The notes under the pieces were generated by a model. It saw only the letters and a program-made list of their open reading frames with translations, ran no database searches and was not told the DNA's origin. A stretch of DNA of 64,000 nt from Felis catus (lineage: Eukaryota). Shown here one piece after another: positions 25,456 to 39,020 of the stretch (its first letter is position 1; every line of letters begins with the position of its first letter). The stretch covers positions 111,478,001 through 111,542,000 of the forward strand of contig NC_058373.1 in the NCBI RefSeq assembly GCF_018350175.1, read 5' to 3'. The position numbers and the translations under genes are program-made.

Positions 25456-27384
25456 GTTCTCAGAACTGTCTCTGAAAAGAGGTGACATTTATTTAAGTAG
25501 AGATCTGAATTACAAGAATGAACCAAAGGAATTGCAGTCCAGGTAGAAGGAATAGCAAGAACAAAGGTCCCATGATAGATAAGAAGTTGGCGTAAGGGTA
25601 GTATACCTAGTTTCTATTGACCATGGGAAGGATAATAGTAACTGATACTTATAAATTGCATTGCAGTTTACAAATCTCCTGTACATACATTATTTCGTGT
25701 GATCTTTACGGTGAAAATATTTACCAACCATTTTATAGTTGGGTAAACTGCCCATATATTTATAGCTAGTCATTAAAGAAACCAATCAAATAAATATTGT
25801 GTAGTACTGGCTAATCAGACAAAATGGTAAGGGTATACATTCTATTTGAATTTTTTATATTACCGCTTTTTAGCAGTTTTAATTTATTCAGGGCCAAAAG
25901 TACAGATGCCAAGGCCAGATTTCTGGACCCGTTTGAATAGTACAAATTAATTGCATCAGTAAACACAACCTGGTGTGTTATCTTGAGTTAAGGTGAGTGA
26001 GATACTCCTGATAGAGACCTCATAAATGTGATTATTTGTTTGCACTTCATAATGAGGAAGATTAATTTCTAAGATATTGGCTGGTTTCAGTGAATTTAAA
26101 TAGAGTATTTTGTGCTTATGTATTCAGGGTGCCTAGCATTTTAAATTCATATGTGCATATACTGTGACCTTACTGATAAGCAATGTGAAAGTTTGATAGA
26201 TGACTCTGTAAGTAATGAATTAAAATTGAATTTTATAGTCTTAGTAGGGGCTATATGAAAATTTCCTTTTCTGTCCTTCCTTCCCCTTCCCTGCTTTCCC
26301 CTCCCCTGCTTTCCCCTCCCTCGCATTCTTACCTCCCTTTTTCCACTTTCTTCCTCCCTCCCTTTATTTTACATTTCAGTTTATTTGGTTTTACCAAGTG
26401 CTTTAACATAAATAAAAGTTGATTTCAACTAACATTAAAAGGTCATTTTAATTTATACTATTTTTACTTGTTTTTTTCTACTTTTTTAAATTAATAAACA
26501 CATAATTTTATAAACTGCCCTTTTTCCATATATGGAGGCTAGACAGTAAGAAATATTTTAAATAAATTCTGTAACAGTACTTAATTTGAAAATGAATACA
26601 GATCAAATGAGAAGACATTTAAAGCGTTGCGTGTTTGGTAACTAGGATTGAATTGAACTCTGTATGTATAGGGGCTTTTTAAATATTTGTACTTTATAAT
26701 AGATAACTAGCTTTTCTCTAAAAGTTTTATGTTTCCCTTTATCAACATGATGCCTTAAAAATGTAATAGGTATGCTTAACCCCTGCTACATTATGGTAAT
26801 CATTAATTAAATCTGTTTAAATTTGTTGAATAAATTATTTTACTTTTCTGTTGTAGTTTTCAGTTTTTTACAGTGAATTACTTCAAGAAACAGTCTGTAG
26901 TAATAATTTGGTTTTTACTCTTTCCAGGAAGAAAGTAAATTCTTCTAAAGATGATAACCCTCTGAACTATATATTTTATAATAATAATAACTAGTATGTA
27001 TTTTAATTTAGGGAATCATTATTTTGAATATTTGTGATTATTTCTTTTGAGAAAGGGTTAGACTACTAAAAAGATTCAACACAATTTCTCTATGGTTTGT
27101 TCATTGTATTACTAGTGATTTGAATCGGTATTTACAGTTTTTGAAATGTATGAGAAATACAATCTTCACGTTACAGTTGGATTGAATTGATTATATCAAT
27201 AGAATAATTACCTTTGAAATTTTTTTACTCAGAAAAGAATGTACAGTGATTTTGCTGAAAAAAAAAATTTCATTGATATCCAAGATGCAAGCACATAATT
27301 TAGCCATTTAGTGAATTAGCAGTCTTCGGTTATTGACCTTTGCAATTACATTCACAAATTGGAGACTGTTTAAACTTTCTCTTA

Positions 27385-29520
27385 AAATGTTTTTCAACTT
27401 TATTGAAGCACAATTTGCATCAAGTAAATGTGCCCATATCAAGTGTACAGTTAGATGATTTTTCTCAAATTTATAACTTCATGTACCTGTCATTCCCCTT
27501 TTTCGTCAGTCACAGCTTGCTCCTTGGCACTATGTATTAGTTTCTTTGTTCTAAAATTTCATATTAATGTGTACTTTTTTTGTCCCTGGTATCTTTTGCC
27601 AGGCATGTTATTGAGTTTCATCCATGTTGTTGTGTATATTAGTAGTTTGTTTCTTTTTACTGAATACTATTCTATTATATGAATGTGTCACAATTTGTTT
27701 ATCCATTCATGTGTTGTAAGATACTTGAATTTTTTCAAAATTTTGGCTCTTATAATAAAGTAGCTGTGAACATTCTTGTTCAAGACTTTGCGTAGGTCTT
27801 TGTTTCCCTTTAAGAGTGGAATTGTTGAGTTATATGGCAAAATATATTTAGCTTTTCATGAAGCTAATTTTTTTTTTCTTTCTAGAAAAACTTATATAAA
27901 ATTCCTGTTACATCTTCTGTACATATGTCTGGTAGAATTCACAAATAAAGCCAAATGGGCCTGGTGTCTTCTTTTTGGGAAGGTTTATAAATACATATTC
28001 AACATCTTTAATAGTTATGAGGCTATACAGCTATTCAGATTGTTAATTTTTGATTGAGCTTTGTTTTTGTTTCTTTTAAGAAATTTATGCCTTTCTTCTT
28101 AGGCTCCACACCTAGTGTGGAGGCTGCTTATAAAAATAAAGGAACGAAGTTTGCCAGTTTCAGGTCTGGCTTTGTATTTGTTGACACAAAGTTGCTTACC
28201 ATATTCTCTTATCTTTTTGTAGCATCTGTAGTAATGCTCCCTCTTCGTTCCTACTATTGGCAACTTATGTCTTATTTTTCTCTCTCCCCTTGATTAGTTC
28301 AGCTGAAATATTGTTAATTTTATAGGTCTTTTCAAGGAACTTGTATCCATTTTTTTTCCAATGCTTATCTGTTTTATATTTCATGGGTAGGGTTTACATT
28401 TTGAACCTTTTTACCTATTTCACCAAACTTTCAAATATTGTAATACTTCTTGAAGGATAATGTAGGAACTTCAATACTGTATCTTTCCTTTTTCTTCCTG
28501 TCATCCTTTATTATTATTGTCATACATTTTATGACATTGTTATATGTCCCATGATACTTTGTCATAAAAGAATCATTTATTTTAAAATAAGTTAATATGA
28601 GGAAGTTTCAATTATACTTACCATACATTTAATATGTCTGTTTAAATCCATTGTTTATGTTCACATATCCAATTACAATCATCCTGAAAAACATCCTTTT
28701 ACATATATCTTGTAATACATATCTGCCACCTACAAGTTCTTTCAGCTTTTGATTTTTGAAGATGTACTTGTTTTGCCTTTATTTTAAAAAAGAAACTTTT
28801 ATTTTGGAATAATTTTAGAATTACAGGAAGTTTGTGAAGAAAGTACAGAAGTTTCCATATATTCCTTGCCCATGTTTCCCTAATGTTAATATCTTACATA
28901 GCTTTGGTAAATTGTCAAACTAATGAACTAACAGTGGTGCAATATTATTAATTAAACTACAAGTCATATTTGGGGCAGTGTCCCTTTCTCTTCTAAGATC
29001 TAATCCAGGATACCATGTTGCATTTACTCATTATGTCTCCTTGGTCTTTTCAAATCTTTTGATAGTTTCTTAGTTGTTTCATGATTTCTATGACCTTGAT
29101 AGTTTTGAAGAGTATGTATGGGTCAGGTGTCTTGTTGAATGATCCTCTGGCATTTTTCTCATTATTAGAATAAAGGTATGGGTTTGCAGATGCATACTAC
29201 AGAGATGATGTGCCCTTCTTCAATACCCTTTAGAATTGTTCCATCACTGTAAAAATTTCCCCTGTGGCCCCTTTGTAATCAGCCTCTCCTTGCATCTTGA
29301 ATCTCCTTCCATTTTATTGCTGAGTAATATTCCTTGGTTTTATCAGAGTTAAATTCATTCACCTGTTGAAGGCCATCTCAATTTTTTCCAGATTTTTGCT
29401 ATTATATATAAAGCTACTGTAAACATTTGAGTATTAGATTTTGTGAGAACATAAGCTTTAATACCTCTTGAGTTGATATCTAGGAGTGGCAATCTGGGGT
29501 AAGTGTAGTTTTAACTTTGA
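27385..29520 (-). mobile_element. Cluster of ancient L1 (L1M-type) fragments
   Basis: Degenerate L1 3'UTR/ORF2 motifs (ttcatccatgttgttgtgtatattagtagtttg; ctggtagaattcac). Confidence 0.65.
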
Positions 29521-30285
29521 ATCCTAAAGCTACTGTAAGAAAACATAGGAGAAAATATATGTGACCTTGGATTTGGGATTGAACTTTTATATATAATATC
29601 AAAACCACAATTAGAAAAGAATAAATTGTATTTCATCAGAAACCTTAAAATTTTTGTTGTATGTAAGACACTCTTAAGAGAATGAAAAGGTAAGTTACAG
29701 ACTGGGAGAAAATACTTGAAAAGTCACATACCTGATAAAAGTATTTGTATCTAGACTATATAAATGACTCTTAAATCTCAACAATAAACAGTCTAATATA
29801 CAAATGGCAAAAAGATCACAATAGACATTTCACCAAAGAGGATATATGGATGGCAAATAAACACATGAAAACATAATCACATTTCTTAATGTCATGTGTT
29901 ATTAGGGAAACTGGATGCAAATTGAAACCACACCAAGATACCACCACACAATATTAGAATTGCTTTAAAAAATTGAGAGTCCCAAATGCTGGGAAGATTG
30001 TGGAGTAAGAGGAACTCTCATTCATTGCTGGGGATAAGTCAGAATGAGCAGCTACTTTGGAGTACAGTTTGGCTCCTCCTCCTCCTCCTCCTCCTCCTCC
30101 TCCTCCTCCTCCTCCTCCCCCCCTCGTCCTCCCCCTCCCCCTCCCCCTCCCCCTCGTCCTCCTCCCCCTCCCCCTCGTCCTCCTCCCCCTCCCCCTTCTC
30201 CTTCTAACACACATTTTCCTTATGACACAACAGTCCCACTCTAGGGTATTTACCCAAGTTAAGTGAAACCTTAAGTTCACAGAAA
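29520..30285 (+). mobile_element. Old L1 ORF2 3' fragment interrupted by a C-rich simple repeat
   Basis: agactgggagaaaatacttg...atagacatttcaccaaagaggatata...ctagggtatttaccca motifs. Confidence 0.8.
30073..30205. repeat. (CCT)n grading into CCCCCT and CCCCTCGT units
   Basis: Seen directly. Confidence 0.97.
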
Positions 30286-32692
30286 ACTGCTTTTATCTTT
30301 GAAAATATTTTCACTACATAACAAAGTGTAGTTTTGCCTTTTTTTATTTTAGCACTTTTAAAAGATGTTTGATTGTCCACTAATTTGTACTTTTTTCTAA
30401 GAAGCCCCCTGAAATTCTTTTTACCATGTTTGCATTTTTCTCTGTAATTATTTTTCCCTTCTAAATTATGATTTTATTTGTATTGTAAAATACATTGGAA
30501 ATTCTGCATATGCCTATGACTAAGCTTATTTAAGTTGGATGACAGATTTTGTTCTGAGAAATCCTTTTTCAAGCTGAGTGCCAAAATGGGGAAATGCTGG
30601 TAGATTCCTGGCCCTGAAGGTAATGATGTAAATTGCTTTCTTGCAGTGATGATGGATGACTTTTATTTGAGTTTTATACCCAAAAGTTTTCAGTTCATGA
30701 TGATATAGCTCTGGTGTTAGCTGTGCAGCACCATAATATCTAACCTAGGGTCAGTGCTATAAATTGGCAGCTTTAAATTTTTCTTTTTTATCAAATCTCC
30801 TTCAGATTTTTTTTCTGAATATTTTTCTCTTTGGATAATTTTTAAAAATTAACATATAACATTATATTAGTTTCAGGTGTACAATATCATGATTTGATAT
30901 TTGTATATATTATGAAACGATCACCACAATAAGTCTAGTTAACATTTGTCACCATACAGTTGTTAAATTGTCTTTTCCTTGTGATGATATTTTTTATTAC
31001 ACTGTTTTCAAATCCACTGAACTTCTCCTCTGTAGCATCTAATCTGCTCTTTAATCTTTTCCAAGACAATTTTTAAACATTTGATTTTTTTCTTTAGTTA
31101 TAGAAGTTGCATTTTTTTGTTGTGGTTTTTATTTCTTTTCTAGTTTTCAAATTTACATCCTGGCATGTATTTTTAGTAATTGTTTTAGTTTTCTTGTATG
31201 CTATCATCAGCTCTTAGGGGTTTGTTTTAAACTGATTTTCTTTGGAGTCACATTTTCCTCCTTATTGGCATCATGCTAAAAGCACAGTTTTATGGGGGTA
31301 AAAGTAATTCATAATTTATTAAGCCATACTTCTGTTAATGGGCAGTTATATTTTTTTCCAGCATGGAAATATTGGAAAAATGTTGTAAATGCATTTTGTT
31401 CATGTGTTAAAATTCCTGTAGTGGAATTTCTCATCAAAGGGCATGTTCATGTAAATACTGGATATATGATGCCATATTTCCCTTTGCACAACGTATAAGT
31501 GTATACATACTTATATTAGTTAAATAAGTACCGATTGATTTTTGAGTTTAGAACACCACCCTCTTACGAACATGGTTCATAGCAGAACAAGTCTTTGTTC
31601 TGACCCTTAGTCAGTCAGTTCTGTAGCATATTTTCATGTGCTCATCTTTTGGCCTTAGCAATAAAGTGAAGCCTCTTGAATGTAATTCTTGGAAACATCT
31701 GTACATAGTCATATGCTAAAGGAAGTGGCTATTGGTCATTTTCATATTTGTTAGAGATAAGAATAGTCCATTTGACATTGTTATGAATGGTACTGCATTT
31801 GTTGTTATTTTTAACAGAATGATTAAACTAGTTCTTTTAGAAATGTATTAGGTGGTACAGTCCATATTCAGTTACTCACTGTATCACTCATATGTTGGTT
31901 GCTGCAAGAAGAGGCTTTTATGAGGTTGTTTCTGTTCAATTATTTTCCTTTGCAATTAGAATGCATTAGAATATTACCTCTTGAGGGCAGAGACTTTAGT
32001 CTGTCTTGTTCACTGCTACAATCCACTGCCTAGGACAGTGTCTTTTATATGATAGGGACTTATTAAGTATTTTTTGAGGGAATGAGTGATTGAATTACGG
32101 TGTTTTATACAGATAAAGTACCTGGTAGATTTGTTCCACGTGTTCTCTATTACAAATGATGATAAGAACCATACTATATATTTTAAAATGAATAGAGCTT
32201 AGTATATAAATAACTACACTGAGTGAAGTAACTTATTAGAAGGTAAACTACTAACTGGTGGCACAGGAGAGTTCGTTTCAGAAATGGTCACCATAATGAA
32301 CAAAGACCTTTGCTCATACCATTTCTCTTATCTCAAATGTGCTCCCTTCCCTGTTGCAACTGTGAAACTTCCCCTGTCTTTTCAAGATACTAAATTATCT
32401 CCTATCTCAGAAAGCCCAAAGATATCTAAATTAGATATCTTATGTTCATCCTTTCTGTTTCATATTTTGAATTACACTTTTTAAAAAATTTTGTCTCCAC
32501 TATCGGATTTTTCATACTTATTTTTATTTTCTAAATTATTTGTTGCTCTGGAAGAGTCCTGGCTGATACTTAATGAGATGATGGAAGTGTTCCAAATCTG
32601 TATCATTCACAGTGGTAGCCATAGGCACAAGTGGCTATTGAACGATTGAATTATGACTGAGGATACATTTATAATTTTAATTCTAATTTAAA

Positions 32693-32890
32693 ATTTTTTT
32701 AAATGTTTTATTTATTTTTGAGAGAGAGAACACTGAGCAGGGGAGGGGCAGAGAGAGAGGAGGATAGAGATCTAAAGTGGGCTTTGCGTTGACAGCAGTG
32801 AGCCTGATGTGGTTCTCGAACTCACGAACCTGTGAGATCATGACTTGAGCTGAAGTCTGCAGCTCAACCGACTGAACCACCCAGGCTTTC
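32693..32890 (-). mobile_element. CanSINE inserted in a MER3/MER33-like hAT element (~32585-32946)
   Basis: TSD ATTCTAATTTAAA; flanks contain gtggtagcca...gtggctattg and catgtggctagtg...gacagtgcag. Confidence 0.9.
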
Positions 32891-33399
32891 CATTCTAATT
32901 TAAATAATTGCATGTGGCTAGTGACAACTGAAGCAGACAGTGCAGCTCTAGGGCTTACAATATACATTTTTAAGTTCTCAGTCTAATATATAGTGAGAAC
33001 TTTACTACAGTGCACTCCCATTTCCTCCCTCCTCTCCCTTTGTGTTTTGTCATCATATATTCTACAGATTTGTAAACCTAGTGACACATTATTGCCATTT
33101 GTGAATTAGCTATTTATTGTTATTAAGTTAAGGGGAAATATGTCGTTATTTTCTTTAGATTTTACCATTTTTGGTGCTATTTTTTTCTTTGTGTAGATCC
33201 ATATTTCTACATAGTATCCTCCTCCTCCTACTTGAAAGACTTCATTTAACTTTTTATATGTAGTGCGGTTTTGCTGGCACAGTATTTTTCAGCACCCTCT
33301 CCCCCCTTTTCTTCTCCTGGAAACAACTAACTTTTGGAAGATATTTTCACTGGTTGTAAGTTGACCTTCTCCCCACTCCCATTCTCCCCACCCAGTATT

Positions 33400-33618
33400 T
33401 TTTTTTTTTTTAATGTTTTTAACGTTTATTTATTTTTGAGAGAGAGAGAGAGAGATAGAGAGACAGAGTGTGAGCTGGGGAGGGGCAGAGAGAGGGAGAG
33501 ACAGAATCTGAAGCAGGCTCTAGCACAGAGCCCGATGCGGGACTCGAACTAATTAGCTGTGAGATCATGACCTGACCCGAAGTCAGACTCTTAACCAACT
33601 GAGCCACCCAGGCGCCCC
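33400..33618 (-). mobile_element. CanSINE with a small internal deletion
   Basis: TSD ACCCAGTATTT. Confidence 0.93.
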
Positions 33619-34819
33619 CTCCCTACCCAGTATTTTGAAGAAGTTGCTCCCTTGTCTTCTGGTTGACATTGTTTTTCATAAGAAGTATGTTCTTATTCTT
33701 TGTTTATCTGTATGTTAAGTTTTTTCCCTAGCTACCTGCAAGATTTTCTATCTTTGTTTTTCAGCAGCTTTGCCTACCTTTTAAATTTATCCTTCCAGCA
33801 GTTTTCTTCATTTCTTAGATTTGTGGTTTATCATTCATTCATTTTAGAAAATTCTCAGCTAACATCTTTTAAAATGCATTTTTTGCCTCATTTTTTATCC
33901 TCTCTGCAGCTCCAGTTACATATGTTTCAGATCATCCTCCCACAGCTTTTGAGTTCCTTTTTTTCCCCAGTCTTTTTTTCCTCTTCGGGTTTTATTTTTG
34001 TATAATATCTGTGACCTCTTGTCATGTTCACTGATTCGTTTTCACTTTTGTCCAGTTTTCTTATAGGCCTGTTTAAGGTCCTCTGATATTTTATTTTTGT
34101 TTATTTGGTATTTCAACTGCTGAATCCATTAGTTCATGTATGTTGTCCACATTTATCACAGATTTTTTAATGTTTAGTTATAATTATTCTAATTTTTCTG
34201 TCTGGTAGTTCTAACATCTAGTTCATTTATGATTCTGGTTCTGGTGTTTGCTTTATCTCTTGAAAATGGTTTGTTACATCTTGCTTTTTTTTTTTTTTAT
34301 GTCTCATGATTTATGTTGCATGCCAGACATTTTAAGGACAGAGCAGTAAAGACTGAGGTGAATGGTTATGCCCAGAAATGGGCACGTTTCTTCTTTGAGG
34401 CTGTTTGTTTATGTATGGATGGGGATGGGGTCATTCCAGTCAGTGATTGAATTGTTGTTTTTGCAGTTGTTCCCTTCACTGAATCAGAGACTTAAAACTT
34501 TTGCAGTAGTCAAATGCTGCTACCTCATTCTTGGTGTGGGGCCTTGGAGTGCCAAGATTTTTGCTCAGTATTCTAGGACATCCTTAGTCTTTAGCATGTC
34601 ATTGGATGCCTGCATCACAAGATGATCTCTCTCAGTGTTCTTTGTAATTTTTGATTAGTTGTTGGAGAGTGTGAACTTTATATTGTTGACTGTATTTTGT
34701 TGTCTTTCTTGAAAGAATTTGATAGACAATTTAATTTACTTTTGGATCACCTTGGTCCTTCTGTAGCTTGTTTTTAAGTTTTGTTATAGCTCTTGTCAGC
34801 CTAATCTTTATTCTATGGC

Positions 34820-35030
34820 TGGAGACATTAAACTTTTGACTCATGAGCTAAAGCTGGTCGACAGAGTGTTTTTGTATAGCTTTTGAGCTAAAATTGGATT
34901 TTACATTCTTAAAGGGCTATAAAGAAATAAAAAATAAAAACAAAAATATATGGTAGAGACTGTATGTGTTGCACATAGCTTGTGATATTTATTATCTTGT
35001 TCTTTAGAGACAATTTTTTGATCCCTACTC
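34820..35030. mobile_element. MER58-type hAT-Charlie element
   Basis: gtttttgtatagcttttgagctaaaattggattttacattcttaaaggg...atatttattatcttgttctttagagaca. Confidence 0.65.
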
Positions 35031-35894
35031 TACGGCTTACTTAACTTTCACTTCTAAGATGTTTTATTTCTTGGCTTTCTGCTGAATGCCCTAGATTTTC
35101 TATATGGCATTTTCATTTTATGTGAGTGGGACTCCTAGGTTTTCCCCTTTATACGATCTCTGAGAGATGTTCATTTTTCATTTACCTAGTATTTAATTTT
35201 TCTTTCCTTGATAATCGTTCTTTGCCAGCCTTGTGAGACTTCTGCATGTAGAGCCTAGTATCTAGCCAAAGACTAAAAGATCACTTATGCCGATTTTTGG
35301 ATCCTTTTCTCTGGGCAACTCCCTCCTCTTTGATATACTGACTTGTAGATCCTCTCCCCTTAAACTTTTAAACTGTAGTCTCTATCTTATCACCTCAGGA
35401 AGATAGCTGTGCTTTGCCTGGGCTCTCCCCTTTTGTGGGGTGTTCAGTAAATTTTAGGTAGAAAGCTGGAGTAATTATAGGGCTTACCTTTGATTGTTAA
35501 TCTCATCTCAGGTATCACAGTCTTGCCTGACCATTGCCCAATCTCTGAAAACAGTTTTTCTGAATATTTAGGTTTTCTAGTTGTTTACGTGTGAGGGCAA
35601 ATCTAGTACTAGTTATTCTGACATGGTTGGAAGTGGAACTCTGTTTAGCAAACATTAAGAAAAATGGCCTTTACACTTTTAGTATGGTATAAAACTAAGC
35701 TGTAAATTGAGTTTAACTTTTATGGTATTTGTAAGATGTGTTAGCAGGATATATAAGAAAATGTGATTAAGATTCAATTGTGTCTGGTATCTGGAATGCC
35801 TACTCCGTGCCTTAGACTTTGTACAACTTGCTGTGAACAGAAAGAAGAACACATGAACTGAAGACCAGGCATTCAGCCCCAGTAGGAAGTTGGC

Positions 35895-36360
35895 ATGTAT
35901 ATTAATTATCTATTGTTACATAACAAATTGCCCTAAGACTGAGTGGTTTAAAACAGTTATTATCTGCTGGCCAAGAATCTGGGCATGGCTTAGCTAGATC
36001 ATCTGGCTTATGGTCTTTCAAAAGCCTGAAATCAAAATGTGAACCAAGCTGTAGTCACATCAAAGTTTGACAGGTGCAGGATCCATTTCCAGGCTTACTC
36101 ATGTGGTTGTTGGCAGATTCAGTTCCATTCCACATGGGCCTTTTCAAATGGCAGCATCAAAGTAAACAAGAAGAGAGAATGTGAGCAAGAAAGAAATATC
36201 AGTGTTTTGTAAACTTATCTCAGAAGTGAAATCATATCACTTTGCTGTATTCTAAGAAGCAAGTCACTAGGTCCAGCCCACATTCAGGAGGTGGAGATTA
36301 CACAGGGCATGAGTACAGGACACCGGGATCATTGGCATCTATTTTAGAAACTGCCTATGA
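35895..36360. mobile_element. MLT1-type LTR remnant
   Basis: tatctattgttacataacaaattgccctaagactgagtggtttaaaaca...agcaagtcactaggtccagcccacattca. Confidence 0.7.
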
Positions 36361-37276
36361 TAATATATGGTATATAAATTATACAAAATATTATAAATGA
36401 GTCTAAAATAATGTAACAGCATTAACATATGTAGCATAAGAAAAATTCACTAGTGATATGCTAACTGCTTCCCAAGATTATTTTGTCTACGCCTCTTTTA
36501 GTATTCTGTGGGAGAGGTAGTATGTATTATATCCATTTTACAGAAAAAGAAATTGAACGTCAGTAAGGTTACCTAGCTGTGATATAGCAGAACAACACTC
36601 TAGTCTAGGCTTTGCCTATTCTAGTACCCATATTTTTAATCTCCATATCGTATCAGCATTAAAATAGTATTACCTTTTATTGAGCACCTCTTATGGGCCC
36701 AGCATTATAGTAAGTGCATTATATATTAATGCCATCTAAGCCTCAGAGCAACTTTATTAAAGCTCTCAGTTTTACTGATTATATACTTTAGCTTTCAGAT
36801 TCAAGAAATTACTTTGAAAAATTACATATATATTTTTTTGTTTCAGAGACATTAAGCAAATGTAACCCAAAGAATCTCTGTAAATACAAAAAAAAAATCA
36901 TTTAAATACCCATTACCTTAAAAAAAAAAGTGGTATTCACTAATTAAATAAATTTGTGTAAGGAAACCTGACACATTTCAATCCACTTAATATTCTGAAA
37001 AAAAAAAAATATATATATATATATATTCTGCAGATGAAAGGTGGTATGTGAATCTCAAATAAGAATGAATTAATAAATACTTAACCCACTCCTAGAAGAA
37101 ATCTCAACAAACACTACTATACAAATTTTAGTCAGAAATTAGCTCACGTAGTTAATGTTGAAATCTTTCTTACTAATAAATTTGAAATATTTTCACTAAT
37201 GTTGACAAAATCATTTTCTCATGTTTGAAAGGTAACCATAAGTTGATGTTATGGCCTTTTAGACCAATATATTGTA

Positions 37277-37493
37277 ATTTTTTTTAATATTTATTTACTT
37301 TTGAGAGAAAGAGAGACAGATACAAGTGTAAGCAGGGGAGGGGCAGAGAGAGAAGGAGACACAGAATCCAAGGCAGGCTCCAGGCTCTGAGCTGTCAGCA
37401 CAGAGCCCAACGCGGGGCTCGAGCTCACAGACCGCAAGATCATGACCTGAGCCGAAGTTGGATGCCTGACTGTCTGAGCCACCCAGGTGCCCC
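37277..37493 (-). mobile_element. CanSINE
   Basis: TSD TAGACCA(A/G)TATATT. Confidence 0.93.
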
Positions 37494-38068
37494 GTAGACC
37501 AGTATATTTTAAATATTTGAGGGTGTCTTGTGAGACATGTGTTGATAATAATAAATCCTAAAGCTTATGGATGTCTTTTATTTTTGAACTGTTTTCCTCA
37601 TAATAGCACTGTCTTACTTTCTACATTCAGATTTGCTTTCTTAAGTGGAGTATAAAATGGCACTTGAGGCTAATGTGCATGAATTGTGTAATATATCATA
37701 CTACCATATGTCATGTATGATATCCTTCACTCATTCACTTATTCAAAAATTTTATTAGTACCTACTAAGGGTCAAATACTGCTCTAAGTACTTAGGATAC
37801 ATCAGTGAACAAAATGGAGAAATATCATGGAGTTTACATTTTAACAGACATAGTTCATAGTTCAAACAATAGGCAGTAAACACAGTAAGGAAGCAGGCAT
37901 TCATTATGGATAGGGTAAAAAATTCTATACCAACTTTTAAACCATGCTAAGGAAAATTACATAGAAAACTACTTGATGTTCAGCTTGGCTTGTTTTTTCT
38001 GATTTCATGTTTAAATACTAGCCAAGAACAATAAAATTGGGAAGGATTCTCTTCCAAAAACAGAATGC

Positions 38069-38280
38069 AGGGGTGCCTGGATGGCTGTGTCAGTTAAGCA
38101 TCCAGCTTTTGATTTTGGCTCAGATCATGGTCTTATGGTTCCTGAGATTGAGCCCTGCATCAGGCTCTGGGTTGACATAATGGAGCCTGCTTGGGATTCT
38201 CTCTCCCTCTCTCTCTGCCTCTCCCCCACTCACGCTTACATGCTCATGCGCTCTCTCAAAATAAATAAATAAACTTAAAA
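38069..38280 (+). mobile_element. CanSINE (older subtype)
   Basis: Head ggggtgcctggatggctgtgtcagttaag, CT tract and AATAAA tail. Confidence 0.92.
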
Positions 38281-38334
38281 GAAAAGTGCAAATGATGCTA
38301 TTAAGAAAATGACCATGTTTTGCTCCTACAACAA

Positions 38335-38545
38335 TTTTTTTAAAAATGCTTTTATTTATTTTTGAGAGAGAGAGAGACAGAGCATGAGTAGGGGAGGGGC
38401 AGAGAGAGACACACAGAATCTGAAGAAGGCTCCAGGCTCTGAGATGTCAGCTTGGAGCCTAACATGGGGCTCGAACCCACGAACTGTGAGATCGTGACCT
38501 GATCTGAAGTCGGATGCTTAACCAACTGAGCCACCCAGGTGCCCC
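38335..38545 (-). mobile_element. CanSINE
   Basis: Degenerate TSD CTCCTA(C/A)AA(C/T)AATTTTT. Confidence 0.93.
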
Positions 38546-38801
38546 ATCTCCTAAAATAATTTTTAATGAGTTTTTACAACTTCTGTAATGTCAATATTAC
38601 TACGTTGTGAAATGTGGTAATTTAATATTTTGGTTATTTTTGATGATGGTTTATAATTTAAGGTATTTTATGTAACAAGATTTATGTTTCTGTAGACTTC
38701 TGTTTCTATTTGAGTTATTATAGTTTTGCTGGCTTTGAAAAATTATGATTTTTAATTGTAATTTTAATAAAATGTTACAGCACATCTTTTTATTGTTATT
38801 T

Positions 38802-39020
38802 ATTTGTTTATTTTTTTCAACGTTTATTTATTTTTGGGACAGAGAGAGACAGAGCATGAACGGGGGAGGGGCAGAGAGAGAGGGAGACACAGAATCGGAA
38901 ACAGGCTCCAGGCTCTGAGCCATCAGCCCAGAGCCTGACGCGGGGCTCGAACTCACGGACCGCGAGATCGTGACCTGGCTGAAGTCGGATGCTTAACCGA
39001 CTGCGCCACCCAGGCGCCCC
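38802..39020 (-). mobile_element. Very young SINEC_Fc-type SINE
   Basis: CpG-rich; TSD TTTTTATTGTTATTTA. Confidence 0.96.

Noticed and set aside
28100..28140. CTCCACAC-CTA-GTGTGGAG hairpin followed by an A-rich tail
   Set aside because: Matches the internal self-complementary segment of a CanSINE fragment.
29954..30280. Arg/Gly-, Pro-, Leu- and Ser-rich ORFs
   Set aside because: Translations of the (CCT)n/C-rich simple repeat.
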